Shown: one piece after another, positions 9,350 to 18,469 of the stretch | Layout of the letters: each line of letters begins with the position of its first letter | Numbering within the stretch: position 1 is the first letter of the stretch | Assembly (NCBI GenBank): GCA_041694885.1 | Contig: JBGFRX010000005.1 | Location: 5,291 to 69,290 of the forward strand | DNA length: 64,000 nt | Direction: 5' to 3' | DNA from: Candidatus Micrarchaeota archaeon | GTDB taxonomy: Archaea > Micrarchaeota > Micrarchaeia > Anstonellales > Bilamarchaeaceae | Notes under the pieces: model-generated | Told to the model about the DNA's origin: nothing | Seen by the model: the letters and a program-made list of their open reading frames with translations, nothing else | Database searches by the model: none | Program-made: the position numbers and the translations under genes

Positions 9350-11083
9350 ATGTGCGGAATTATCGGCTATATCGGCTTTCGCAAAGCATCCGAGGTGCTG
9401 CTGCGCGGCCTCAAAACCCTTGAATACAGGGGTTACGACTCAGCAGGCATCGCTGTTTCGGAAGGCGGGAAAATTACGATAAAGAAAGGAGCAGGAAGAG
9501 TCGACGAAGTGGCGGACTCGCTTTCTTTCGTGTCTTTAAAGGGAAAAGCAGGTATTTCGCATACCCGATGGGCAACCCATGGCCGGGTATGCAAGGAAAA
9601 TGCGCACCCCCATTCCAACTGTTCCAGGGACATTGCACTTGTCCATAATGGGGTGATTGAAAATTACCTTTCATTAAAAGACGAGCTGATGGAGAAAGGG
9701 CATAAATTCGAGAGCGAGACGGACAGCGAAGTTATCGCGCATCTGATAGAGGAGGAAATGAAAACAAACGAAACAGAGGGTGCGTTCGCAAAGGCGATAA
9801 GGAAACTGGATGGCTCCTATGCAGTAGTTGCGCTCGCATCAGGAAGCGAAAAGCTTTTCGCAGCTAGGAAAAACAGCCCGCTCCTGATTGGAATCGGGAA
9901 AGGAGAGCATTTCCTCGCATCGGACATTCCTGCACTGCTTCCATACACGAACAAAGTGATTCCTGTTGATGACGAGCGGATAGTTTTTGCATCCGCAGAA
10001 GAATACTGCATAATGGATTTCTCAGGCAAAACGCAGAACCCGAAACCAATGGTTGTGGACTGGAGCGCGGAAGTTGCCGAGAAGGGCGGCTTCCAGCACT
10101 TCATGCTGAAAGAGATCTACGAGCAGAAACTCGTGCTGTCAGAATCCCTTGCGACAAACATGGAGGATGCGAAGAAAATGATCGAAAAGGCGAAAAATAT
10201 CCACATCGCCGCGTGTGGAACATCCAACCACGCAGGAGTGCTATTCTCGATTTTGCTGGATAAGCATGCAAACAAAAACACAAAGGCGTTCATCGCTTCA
10301 GAGTACCAGTTCGTTGCGAACCCATCCAAAAACACCCTCGTAATCGCGATTTCCCAGAGTGGAGAAACCGCGGACACGCTGCAGGCAACGAAGTTCGCAA
10401 AGCAGAAGGGCGCAAAGGTGCTTTCGCTCACGAATGTGGTCGGCTCCTCGCTCTCGCGCATTTCCGATTCGGTTGTTTACCTGAATGCAGGACCGGAAGT
10501 AAGCGTTGCGGCCACCAAAACGTTCTCATCCCAGCTCGCTGTAATATTCAGACTGGTTTTTGGAAATGCGGCTGCTGAAATTCCCAAAATAGTGGAGCGC
10601 GCGCTTTCCCAGGAGCAGAAAGTCAGGAAACTGGCGGAAAAACTGAAAGGCAAGGAGCATGTATTTTTCATCGGAAGAGGAGTTTCCTATCCGATAGCGA
10701 TGGAAGGGGCGCTCAAACTGAAGGAGCTCTCGTACATCCACGCTGAGGTATACCCTGGAGGGGAACTGAAGCACGGTCCTCTTAGCTTGATCCATGAAGA
10801 AGTTCCAGTCATAGCGCTCGCTCCTTCTGACGAAACACTTGCGAAAATGCACGGCAACATAAAGGAGGTCAAGGCAAGGGGCGCATTCGTTATCGCGCTC
10901 ACAGACAGCGAGGAAATAAAAAAGGAAGTCGATGCTGTGCTTTATATAGAAAAGACGAAACCGAAGCTTTATCCGTTTGCAGTCCTTCCACTTCTCCAAC
11001 TCCTCGCCTATTACGCGAGCGTTTCAAGAGGAATAGACCCAGATAGACCCCGGAATCTGGCGAAGTCGGTAACTGTCGAATAG
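9350..11083 (+). CDS. glmS: Glutamine--fructose-6-phosphate aminotransferase (isomerising)
   Basis: N-terminal 'MCGIIGYIG' Ntn amidotransferase start; two SIS domains; C-terminal '...KSVTVE'. Confidence 0.9.
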   Translation: MCGIIGYIGFRKASEVLLRGLKTLEYRGYDSAGIAVSEGGKITIKKGAGRVDEVADSLSFVSLKGKAGISHTRWATHGRVCKENAHPHSNCSRDIALVHNGVIENYLSLKDELMEKGHKFESETDSEVIAHLIEEEMKTNETEGAFAKAIRKLDGSYAVVALASGSEKLFAARKNSPLLIGIGKGEHFLASDIPALLPYTNKVIPVDDERIVFASAEEYCIMDFSGKTQNPKPMVVDWSAEVAEKGGFQHFMLKEIYEQKLVLSESLATNMEDAKKMIEKAKNIHIAACGTSNHAGVLFSILLDKHANKNTKAFIASEYQFVANPSKNTLVIAISQSGETADTLQATKFAKQKGAKVLSLTNVVGSSLSRISDSVVYLNAGPEVSVAATKTFSSQLAVIFRLVFGNAAAEIPKIVERALSQEQKVRKLAEKLKGKEHVFFIGRGVSYPIAMEGALKLKELSYIHAEVYPGGELKHGPLSLIHEEVPVIALAPSDETLAKMHGNIKEVKARGAFVIALTDSEEIKKEVDAVLYIEKTKPKLYPFAVLPLLQLLAYYASVSRGIDPDRPRNLAKSVTVE

Positions 11084-11152
11084 CATCCATCTATTTTTAC
11101 ACTCTGGCACACGTTTAAAAACTTTAAGTGTAAATGGAATACAGGTGGGAAT

Positions 11153-12364
11153 ATGGGACAAGAATTTTGCATAAAGGCCAATGACGGCATACATAAAAAA
11201 GGAATAGAGATATTCAACAATCACGGAATAAAGGTAAGCACCAATAAGCTGGACCAATCGGAACTTTTGAAAGAGCTCAAGGCATTCCATGGCATCATAG
11301 TACGCAGTGCAACCAAGGTTACATCAGAAGTAATCCAGGCAGGGTATGACAACGGAAAAGGCAAACTACGGGTGATCGGCCGCGCAGGTAAAGGGCTGAA
11401 CAACATAGATATTCCCACAGCGACCGAACTTGGAATTCCAGTGATCCCTGCCCCTGAAGGCAACAACAACGCCACTGCGGAGTTCACCATAGGCCTGCTT
11501 TTCGACGTGGCGCGTGGAATTTCAGCTGCCAACGTTGCACTCAATAAAGGTGAATGGCAAAAGAAGCGATTCAAGGGGGTGGAGCTCAAAGGCAAGACCC
11601 TGGGGATAATCGGTTGCGGACAAGTTGGCATGGAAGTAGCTGAGAAAGCCGCAGCTCTTGGCATGCGGGTAATAGGTTATGACTTAGCAGCGAAGAAGAT
11701 AAGCACAGTGATAAGCTACAAGGCCTCTTTGGGAGAGGTTCTGCACGAAGCTCATTTCATAACTATCCATACTGGAGGTAAAACACTCATATTAGGCGAA
11801 GAGCAGATCGCGGAAATGCGCAACGGTGCATGCATAATAAACACCTCCCGTGGAGAGAACGTAAATGCGGACGCGCTTCGTGCAGCCCTCGAAAGCGGCA
11901 AGCTCACCGCAGTTGCGGTAGATACGCACCTGAATGAGCCCCAAACAGATTGTACCGGGTTTTCAAGCCCTCTCCAAAACGTCAGGGGGGCAACGCTCAC
12001 TCCGCACATTGCCGGTTCCACCAGAGAAGCGGATGAGGCGGTTTCAGTGGAGATCGCAAAGCTCATTTGCGATTGCCTCGTTCGTGGTGACATCACCCGC
12101 GCAGTTAACATGGGTCCGGAAGCTGCGGAAGTAAAAAGGGAAACGTATACAGTTCAGATTACCCATCGCGACGATAAGGCGGTGTTCAAGGACTTCGACT
12201 CGCTTTTCGGAGAAGCAGGCATAAGCATAAAAGAGACCCGCTCCGGACCGATGGCATCAAAAAAAGGCATCGCCACCACAGTGTACATTCTCTATGCGGT
12301 GCCCTCTGAAGAGGTCCTGGACAGGATTCGGGCGCTCGAATCGGTGTCGCACGTAATCTATTAG
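11153..12364 (+). CDS. serA: D-3-phosphoglycerate dehydrogenase (2-hydroxyacid dehydrogenase core plus C-terminal ACT domain)
   Basis: NAD-binding 'GIIGCGQVGMEVA', catalytic 'TPHIAGSTREA'; C-terminal ACT-like domain of about 70 aa. Confidence 0.8.
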   Translation: MGQEFCIKANDGIHKKGIEIFNNHGIKVSTNKLDQSELLKELKAFHGIIVRSATKVTSEVIQAGYDNGKGKLRVIGRAGKGLNNIDIPTATELGIPVIPAPEGNNNATAEFTIGLLFDVARGISAANVALNKGEWQKKRFKGVELKGKTLGIIGCGQVGMEVAEKAAALGMRVIGYDLAAKKISTVISYKASLGEVLHEAHFITIHTGGKTLILGEEQIAEMRNGACIINTSRGENVNADALRAALESGKLTAVAVDTHLNEPQTDCTGFSSPLQNVRGATLTPHIAGSTREADEAVSVEIAKLICDCLVRGDITRAVNMGPEAAEVKRETYTVQITHRDDKAVFKDFDSLFGEAGISIKETRSGPMASKKGIATTVYILYAVPSEEVLDRIRALESVSHVIY

Positions 12365-12429
12365 CAGCATGCACTCCAGAATAGGAACTGTTTTTAATCT
12401 GAGGGGCGGAATGCAATCCAGGTGCTACA

Positions 12430-12690
12430 ATGACCAACATAACCAAGACGATAAGGTGCATGGGGTGCTCTACTGACTTCCCACTTTCGCTTACCACTGA
12501 TCTCGAGGCATCGGACATTTCCATAGTTGCGAAATGCCCGAAATGCTCAGCAGCGATGCAGCTCCATTTCGGCATAATAGCGCAGCAGCAGGTGGCGCAG
12601 CAGGCGCAGGAGGCCTCGCCTTTGGATACGAGCATGTTCGTTCCGCCCGAGATGCCGAGCGACGAGCTGAAAGAACTCATAGGCGAGTGA
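12430..12690 (+). CDS. Small zinc-ribbon protein (CxxC...CxxC) with an acidic C-terminal tail; its stop overlaps the start of the next gene (TGAATG)
   Basis: 'RCMGCSTDF...CPKCSAAMQ' four-Cys arrangement; stop at 12688-12690 immediately followed by ATG at 12691. Confidence 0.4.
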   Translation: MTNITKTIRCMGCSTDFPLSLTTDLEASDISIVAKCPKCSAAMQLHFGIIAQQQVAQQAQEASPLDTSMFVPPEMPSDELKELIGE

Positions 12691-14412
12691 ATGCGGCGGC
12701 TTTTCTTTGCATTATTCATCTTGGCCAATGCGGCCTTCGCGCTCTACCAGTTTAATATTTCGCTCTCGCGTACCGGCAACATATCCATAGCAGACAGTTA
12801 TCCGAACTCTGCGCCGAACCTCATGTTTTACAGGAACGGGGAACTCTATTTTGCGGACCCGGGCGCCCCAGGCGTATTCAGGTACAAAGACAACGAGACG
12901 CGCCTTCTTTCCGGTGGGTTTTCGCAGCCGCTCGGCGTCTATGTGGACGCGGATGGCACGGTGTATGTGGCAGACGAAGGCAACGGCGTGATAAGGCGTT
13001 CCCCGTATAAAATAATATATAAGTATGCTGCGCCGCACGGAATCTATTTCTTCAACAGCACATTTTACACTACGGACTATCGCAACGGAAAGCTGCTCAT
13101 GATAGCTGAAGATGGTATATTCACTTCGTACTTTGGTTCGAACGGCACACTGAACGGCAACTTCCAGAGGCCGGAAGACCTGCAGATATTCAACAATATG
13201 GTTTACGTGGCTGACGCAGGAAACGGAAGGATAGAGGCATACTCGCTGAATTTCACCTATCTGAAAACGTACGGAAGCGGAAGCGGCAACCTGACGCTCG
13301 TCTATCCCATGGGGATCTTCGTTGACGAAAATTACGTATATGTTGCGGATTCCCAAGGCAACAAGGTCGTGTTTTACACTCGGGATGGTTATCCCGTATT
13401 CGCATATTCCATAAACGATCCGCGCGATGTCGTGATGGCAGAAGGCCGTTTTTATATCTCCCAGGGCCAAAACTCCATCATAAGCATTTTCAACATTTCG
13501 ATCCGCGAACCGCCCTATTATGTCAAGCCGGTTTTCGAGTCGCTCGAGGCCGGATTTTCCAACTATGCTGGCTACGCAGGGCTCGCGCAGGCGTTGAATG
13601 TTTCCTACAACGCCACCATTGGAAGCGAATGGAGCAATGCGAAATTCGCATTCGATATCGGGAATTACGGCGAGGCGTTCTACAAAGCCATGGCGCTGAA
13701 TCAGAGCAACATCACATCGCTTAACGCGGACCTGAAGGCAGCACTATCGTCCCAGCTCAATTCACTATCCCAAAATTCATCTGCGAAGGATGCGATAGAG
13801 GAGCTCGTGCAGCAGGGGAATTATTCCGGCGCATATTCGCTGTTTCTTTCTTCCCCGCAGATAAGCCGAAGCGCAGTTAACGCGTCCAACGCGGCGTCGC
13901 CCAACATCACTCTGCTGGACGTTTCCGTGCTCGAGAGCCGCCTCGCAGAGGCGAAGCGCCTGATTTCCAATTACCGCATGAACGCGGGCGTTTCGGCAAT
14001 AGAGGGTGCAGTAAGGGACGCGGCAGGGAATTCAAGCGCATACGATTCCGCACTGCTCATGCTCGATGCGCTTGACGAGAAAATCAACCTCTGGGCATAC
14101 AAGATAAACACCGCACAGGAAAAAATATCGAAATTGCAAAAAGGAATCCAGGGCAAGGAGCTCTTTGCGGACTATTCCAGGGCAGCGCAATACCTGCAGA
14201 ACGCGACCCTGCTGCTTTATTCCGAGCCGGAAAAGGCGGCGCAGCTTGCAGAAGCGGGCATTCTCGAGGCGCAAAAGGCAAGAGACAGCGCTTCGCTCCT
14301 TTTCATTGCCGTCACAGCGCTTGCGCTTTTGGCGCTTGCCCTGCTCGCGCTTTTCCTCAAAGACCACCTCATTCCGCCTAAGCAGAAATACCATTTCTCG
14401 AGGAAGGAATAA
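12691..14412 (+). CDS. Secreted NHL-repeat beta-propeller surface protein. It has a signal peptide, a C-terminal TM anchor and many N-glycosylation sequons.
   Basis: N-terminal 'MRRLFFALFILANAAFA'. Repeated 'YVAD(E/A/S)GN(G/K)xI' NHL units. At least 17 N-x-S/T sequons. C-terminal 'LLFIAVTALALLALALLALFL' helix followed by basic residues. Confidence 0.6.
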   Translation: MRRLFFALFILANAAFALYQFNISLSRTGNISIADSYPNSAPNLMFYRNGELYFADPGAPGVFRYKDNETRLLSGGFSQPLGVYVDADGTVYVADEGNGVIRRSPYKIIYKYAAPHGIYFFNSTFYTTDYRNGKLLMIAEDGIFTSYFGSNGTLNGNFQRPEDLQIFNNMVYVADAGNGRIEAYSLNFTYLKTYGSGSGNLTLVYPMGIFVDENYVYVADSQGNKVVFYTRDGYPVFAYSINDPRDVVMAEGRFYISQGQNSIISIFNISIREPPYYVKPVFESLEAGFSNYAGYAGLAQALNVSYNATIGSEWSNAKFAFDIGNYGEAFYKAMALNQSNITSLNADLKAALSSQLNSLSQNSSAKDAIEELVQQGNYSGAYSLFLSSPQISRSAVNASNAASPNITLLDVSVLESRLAEAKRLISNYRMNAGVSAIEGAVRDAAGNSSAYDSALLMLDALDEKINLWAYKINTAQEKISKLQKGIQGKELFADYSRAAQYLQNATLLLYSEPEKAAQLAEAGILEAQKARDSASLLFIAVTALALLALALLALFLKDHLIPPKQKYHFSRKE

Positions 14413-14469
14413 GTCAACTACCTCTGATTTGCAAAAGTTCAAGGTTTTCCCATTTCAGCGATTTCGCGA

Positions 14470-14572
14470 TTTAATTTCCGTCCTTTTCGCGTGAAGTCGC
14501 GAATAGCGAGGCCTGCATGATGGGACAAACAACCATCTGCTGACGTGAGGTGGAGGAATTATAAACTCTTAC
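14470..14572 (+). repeat. Copy A of a roughly 103-bp promoter-containing module. Its inverted partner is at 40531-40633, with about 7 mismatches.
   Basis: 'atttaatttccgtccttttcgcgtgaagtcgcgaatagcgaggcctgcatgatgggacaaacaaccatctgctgacgtgaggtggaggaattataaactctta' aligns to the reverse complement of 40531-40633. It ends in the TATA-like 'attataaa' 30-70 nt upstream of the DsrE-like gene. Confidence 0.85.
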
Positions 14573-14593
14573 TCCGATTTCAATCAAAGGTAG

Positions 14594-14944
14594 TTGACAG
14601 CAAATTGGATTATGATTTGTTCAGGTGTTATGATGAAATTGACAGTAATAATAAGCTCGGGCGACTCGGAGAATGCATGGAACGCATTCCGTTTTGCGAA
14701 CCTGGCGCTTGGGAAAGGAGACGAGGTGAAGGTCTTCCTCCTAAACAGCGGGGTGGAGTGCCTCGAGAATAAAGGGAAATACGAAACAAAAACCCTATCG
14801 GAACAATTCGAGGAAAAGGGAGGTAAAATCCTCGCGTGCAGAACGTGCGCGAAAAGCAGGAATATGGGCAATGTCTGTGAAATCTCGAATATGGAAACGT
14901 TATATAATCTGATACGCGAAAGCGAGAGAACAGCTTATTTCTGA
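14594..14944 (+). CDS. DsrE/DsrF-like (YchN-fold) small sulfur-relay-type protein. The probable true start is MKLTVII at 14633.
   Basis: About 103-aa core 'MKLTVIISSGDSENAWNAFRFANLALGKGDEVKVFLLNSGV...ILACRTC' matches the DsrE/DsrF family architecture. Confidence 0.5.
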   Translation: MTANWIMICSGVMMKLTVIISSGDSENAWNAFRFANLALGKGDEVKVFLLNSGVECLENKGKYETKTLSEQFEEKGGKILACRTCAKSRNMGNVCEISNMETLYNLIRESERTAYF

Positions 14945-14973
14945 ATTTGCAAGCCGATTGCAAGTGAAAAAAT

Positions 14974-16134
14974 ATGAGAAAGGTTACGATTATAGGGGCA
15001 GGAATGACGAAGTTCGGCGAGCACTGGGAGCGGGGCTACCGCGAGCTCGTAATAGAGGCGGGAATTATGGCGATAGAGGATGCGGGCCTTCAGGGAAACG
15101 AAATATCAGCCGGATACGTGGGCTGCATGGCTTCAGGCAGCTTGATAGGCCAGGAGCACGCTGGTGCCTTGATTGCTGACCAGATAGGCATCAATCCCAT
15201 TCCGGTCACAAGAGTGGAGGCAGCGTGCGCTTCAGGAGGAGTCGCATTAAGACAGGGCTACTTGGCTGTCGCGAGCGGAATGCACGACTTCGTGGTCGTA
15301 GGAGGCGTGGAAAAAATGAATGATTTGGATACCAATGCGGTTTCAAATATTCTAGGAGGCGCAGGAGACCAGGAATGGGAACTCTTTTTGGGCGCGACCT
15401 TCCCAGGGCTCTACGCCCTGATGGCTAAAAGGCACATGCACGAATTCGGGACAACTGAAGAAATGCTTGCCTCTGTTGCCGTGAAGAACCACGAGCACGG
15501 CTCGCGCAACCCATATGCCCAGTTCCAGAACAGGATTACAATGGATACAGTGATGAAATCCAAAATGGTCTCGGCTCCACTCAAGATGTTCGACTGTTCT
15601 CCCATTACAGATGGAGCTGCTGCCGTTGTTTTGGCTCCCTTGGAAATCGCCAAAAAATACAGCGAACAGCCAATAGAGATTGCTGCGAGCGCACAGGCAT
15701 CAGATACTATTGCTTTGCACTCGCGCGAAAAACTCACTGAAGTGAAGGCAACGAAAATAGCGGCTCAGAAGGCGTACGAAATGGCGAAGATAAAGTCGAA
15801 AGACGTTGATGTTTGCGAGGTGCACGACTGCTTCACCATCGCTGAAGTGATGGCGATAGAGGATTTGGGCTTCTTCAAAAAAGGTGAAGGGGGGAAAGCG
15901 TCCCTGGAAGGGAAAACCGCACTGGGCGGAGAAATTCCGACAAATACTTCCGGCGGCCTTAAAGCAGCTGGCCATCCAGTAGGCGCGACAGGGATAAAGC
16001 AAGCAGTGGAGCTCACTTGGCAATTGCGCGGAAAGGCGGAAGGAAGGCAGGTTGCTGATGCGGAAATCGGCCTTGCGCACAACGTGGGGGGAAGCGGTGC
16101 TACTGCAGTAGTCCATATCTTCAGGAATGCATAG
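14974..16134 (+). CDS. Archaeal thiolase (acetyl-CoA C-acetyltransferase / SCP-x-type)
   Basis: Thiolase fold with active-site Cys region '[13 protein letters not shown]' and C-terminal '[18 protein letters not shown]'. Confidence 0.85.
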   Translation: MRKVTIIGAGMTKFGEHWERGYRELVIEAGIMAIEDAGLQGNEISAGYVGCMASGSLIGQEHAGALIADQIGINPIPVTRVEAACASGGVALRQGYLAVASGMHDFVVVGGVEKMNDLDTNAVSNILGGAGDQEWELFLGATFPGLYALMAKRHMHEFGTTEEMLASVAVKNHEHGSRNPYAQFQNRITMDTVMKSKMVSAPLKMFDCSPITDGAAAVVLAPLEIAKKYSEQPIEIAASAQASDTIALHSREKLTEVKATKIAAQKAYEMAKIKSKDVDVCEVHDCFTIAEVMAIEDLGFFKKGEGGKASLEGKTALGGEIPTNTSGGLKAAGHPVGATGIKQAVELTWQLRGKAEGRQVADAEIGLAHNVGGSGATAVVHIFRNA

Positions 16135-16277
16135 AGCTATGGGACAATGACGCTTGCAGAGATAGCCTGAATTTACAGGCAGTTTGGACACAATGATGCC
16201 ATAAGAGTCATCAGGATGAAGAATGTCCTGCTCATGGCATCTGAACTGGAGGAGCCGAAAGCGCAGAAGGTAAAAAC

Positions 16278-16679
16278 ATGAAGGAAAGCATCCCGTTGAC
16301 CTGGCGAAGGATTCCGGAAAGGTACCGGCTGAAGGGGAACAGGTGCGCGAACTGCTCCATATATTATTTCCCTCCGCGCATAGTGTGCCCAAAATGCAGG
16401 AGAAAGGGCAAGCTCGAAACGCATTACTTCAAAGGCACAGGAAAGGTTTATTCATTTACCGAGATAAGCAGCCCTGCGACCGGCTTTGAGGAGCAGGTTC
16501 CATACGTATTTGCGATAATAGAAATGGACGAAGGGGCGCGCATAACCGGGCAAATCGTGGATGCGCGCAACGAAGACGTGAAAATAGGGAACAAAGTCGA
16601 AACAGTGTTCAGGAAAATCCAGAGCGAAGATCCGGAAGGGCTCATACATTACGGGTTCAAATTCCGACTGGTGAAATGA
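16278..16679 (+). CDS. DUF35 OB-fold/zinc-ribbon protein, the usual partner of archaeal thiolase/HMG-CoA synthase
   Basis: 'CANCSIYYFPPRIVCPKCRRKG' zinc ribbon followed by an OB fold; immediately downstream of the thiolase. Confidence 0.8.
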   Translation: MKESIPLTWRRIPERYRLKGNRCANCSIYYFPPRIVCPKCRRKGKLETHYFKGTGKVYSFTEISSPATGFEEQVPYVFAIIEMDEGARITGQIVDARNEDVKIGNKVETVFRKIQSEDPEGLIHYGFKFRLVK

Positions 16680-16756
16680 TGACGTGGTAAAATGAGTATG
16701 CAAAAATAAAAGTTCTCAACAAAAAGAAGCGATAGGCACCATATCTTTAAAAATGG

Positions 16757-17038
16757 GTGGTTTATTTGGCCAAAGTGTACATAAAGAACGAAGGAAAAAC
16801 AGTGGAACTTCCTGATGGGAGCAATTTGGTTGATTTGGAGGGGAAAAGCAACGTGATTTTCGCATGCAAGGTTGGCACGTGCGGCGCGTGCATCGCCGCC
16901 ATTGTGAACGGTGCGGAAAACCTCGCTTCACCCACCGAAGTAGAAAAAATCTACTTAGACAATTTCGCTCCAGGGCAGGGCAAGCGGCTTCTCTGCCAGA
17001 CAGTGATAAAGAAAGGGGAGATTACAATAGAATATTAA
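16757..17038 (+). CDS. Small [2Fe-2S] plant-type ferredoxin-like protein
   Basis: Cys pattern 'CKVGTCGAC...LLC' (C-x4-C-x2-C...C) within a roughly 90-aa beta-grasp-sized protein. Confidence 0.5.
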   Translation: MVYLAKVYIKNEGKTVELPDGSNLVDLEGKSNVIFACKVGTCGACIAAIVNGAENLASPTEVEKIYLDNFAPGQGKRLLCQTVIKKGEITIEY

Positions 17039-17994
17039 AACTCCTTCACCTTCCCGACCGCATCCTCAAGTGAAGAATAGTTGTGCTTCTTCAATTCCGT
17101 CTCCAATTCGTCTTCCATGCGGCCGAAGCATTTCACCCCTTCTTTATACAGGGTAGTTGCAGTTGCGAACGCGTCCGCGCCTGCAAGCGCGTATGCGAAA
17201 GCGTCTTTTCCAGTTGAAATTCCTCCACAGCCCACTATTGGAACTGAGCCCTTGAAGAATTCATAATAGCGTCGCACGTTGCCCCACCCAAGCATGCGGA
17301 GCGCCTCTCCCCCCAATCCGCCCCATTTGGGCCTTAGCATTATCCTTTCCCTCTCAGCGTCTATGTACATCGCATTTCCCACAGTGTTTATCGCCACTAT
17401 TATGTCCACGGCGTTCTTTTTCACGATCTCGCAGAATTCGAGCTGCGCATCTGAGTCCATGAACGGAGCTGCCTTTACCGCAATCTTCGCATTTGTGTTC
17501 TTCTTCACAGTCTTCAGCACCTCATTGGTCGCCTCCATATCATAGATTATCTGGGACTTTCCGTGAATGTTCGGGCAGGACAAATTCAATTCGAGCACAT
17601 CAGCAACTTTTCCGAGCACCCTGGCCATTTCCCCTGCCTCGTTCGCATCGAATCCGCTCATGCTCGCGAAAGCCGGCTTCTTCGTCTTTTTCTTCAGTTC
17701 GGAAATTATGTTCGCCATTTCCCTGTAGCCGGGATTTGGAAGCCCCATCGCGTTTATAGTGGTCTCCTCCAGGATGTAGAATCTGGGGCCTGGGTTTCCG
17801 GGACGCGGCAGAAAAGTCGCCGTTTTGGTCGTTATGAAGCCAGCCCTCGAATCAGCCATCTGCAATAATTTCTCAAGCGAATCGTCGTTCGCGCCAGAGC
17901 CATTCGTGAAAACGCCTTCAAGTTCAATATCGCCTAATTTTGCCTTGAGCATAAAATCATCAATGAAATTACCGTAAAACAAATTAAAAATCAA
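17035..17994 (-). CDS. pyrD: Dihydroorotate dehydrogenase family, class 1 catalytic subunit. The likely start is the internal Met at about 17952.
   Basis: 'NGSGANDD', 'FITTKTATFLPRPGNPGPRFYILE', 'INAMGLPNPG', 'GGISTGKDAFAYALAGA' FMN-binding TIM-barrel signatures. Confidence 0.75.
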   Translation of the reverse strand: MIFNLFYGNFIDDFMLKAKLGDIELEGVFTNGSGANDDSLEKLLQMADSRAGFITTKTATFLPRPGNPGPRFYILEETTINAMGLPNPGYREMANIISELKKKTKKPAFASMSGFDANEAGEMARVLGKVADVLELNLSCPNIHGKSQIIYDMEATNEVLKTVKKNTNAKIAVKAAPFMDSDAQLEFCEIVKKNAVDIIVAINTVGNAMYIDAERERIMLRPKWGGLGGEALRMLGWGNVRRYYEFFKGSVPIVGCGGISTGKDAFAYALAGADAFATATTLYKEGVKCFGRMEDELETELKKHNYSSLEDAVGKVKEF

Positions 17995-18464
17995 AGCCCC
18001 CTCACGAAGATCTCGTGAGTCGCGTGTATGTCAAGGGCAAAAGGAATATCCAGTTTCACATATAGTTTCCATACGTTTATCCTGTTGTCGTGCCCGAACT
18101 CGTGGCTCGTGGGGGCAGCATCGGGAGGAAGCGCAAACTTCACTTTGAACTCTGCTTTCAGGTAATCACTCTCTCCTGCGACTTTCTTTTCTTCCCTGTA
18201 AACAATGTGGTCTTCGACCGTTTCGGTCTGGGTGAACGGCACTTCGGTGTAAAGCCCCAATCGTTTTCTTTCCTCTATCTCCGACCGAGGTATGTGCACC
18301 GTGTGCTTCACCTTTTTCTTTTCCATGCACATCAGGGTTGCGAATATTCCCCTTGCCTTCACCACCTTGTCCAAATTCAAAGCTATCGTTGCCTCAATTT
18401 CCTCGTCTGCGTTGTATTCGCTTTTGTTCAGGAAAATTTCAATTGCCATATACAACCAACGCAT
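17991..18464 (-). CDS. Hypothetical protein of about 157 aa. The ORF-track N-terminal extension to 18698 is rejected because it overlaps the upstream gene.
   Basis: Met at 18462-18464 lies 6 nt after the stop of the DUF457 gene; the upstream 78 codons overlap that gene out of frame and are Cys/Arg-rich junk. No family recognised. Confidence 0.35.
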   Translation of the reverse strand: MRWLYMAIEIFLNKSEYNADEEIEATIALNLDKVVKARGIFATLMCMEKKKVKHTVHIPRSEIEERKRLGLYTEVPFTQTETVEDHIVYREEKKVAGESDYLKAEFKVKFALPPDAAPTSHEFGHDNRINVWKLYVKLDIPFALDIHATHEIFVRGL

Positions 18465-18469
18465 AATTC

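Noticed and set aside
12712-13470. Long antisense ORFs, for example 12712-13470(-), 15700-16392(-), 22203-22751(+), 23971-24735(+), 46706-48400(+), 47938-48822(+)
   Set aside because: They lie entirely inside well-supported genes on the opposite strand. Their composition is Arg/His/Cys/Ser-rich, which is typical of antisense frames of GC-balanced coding DNA.
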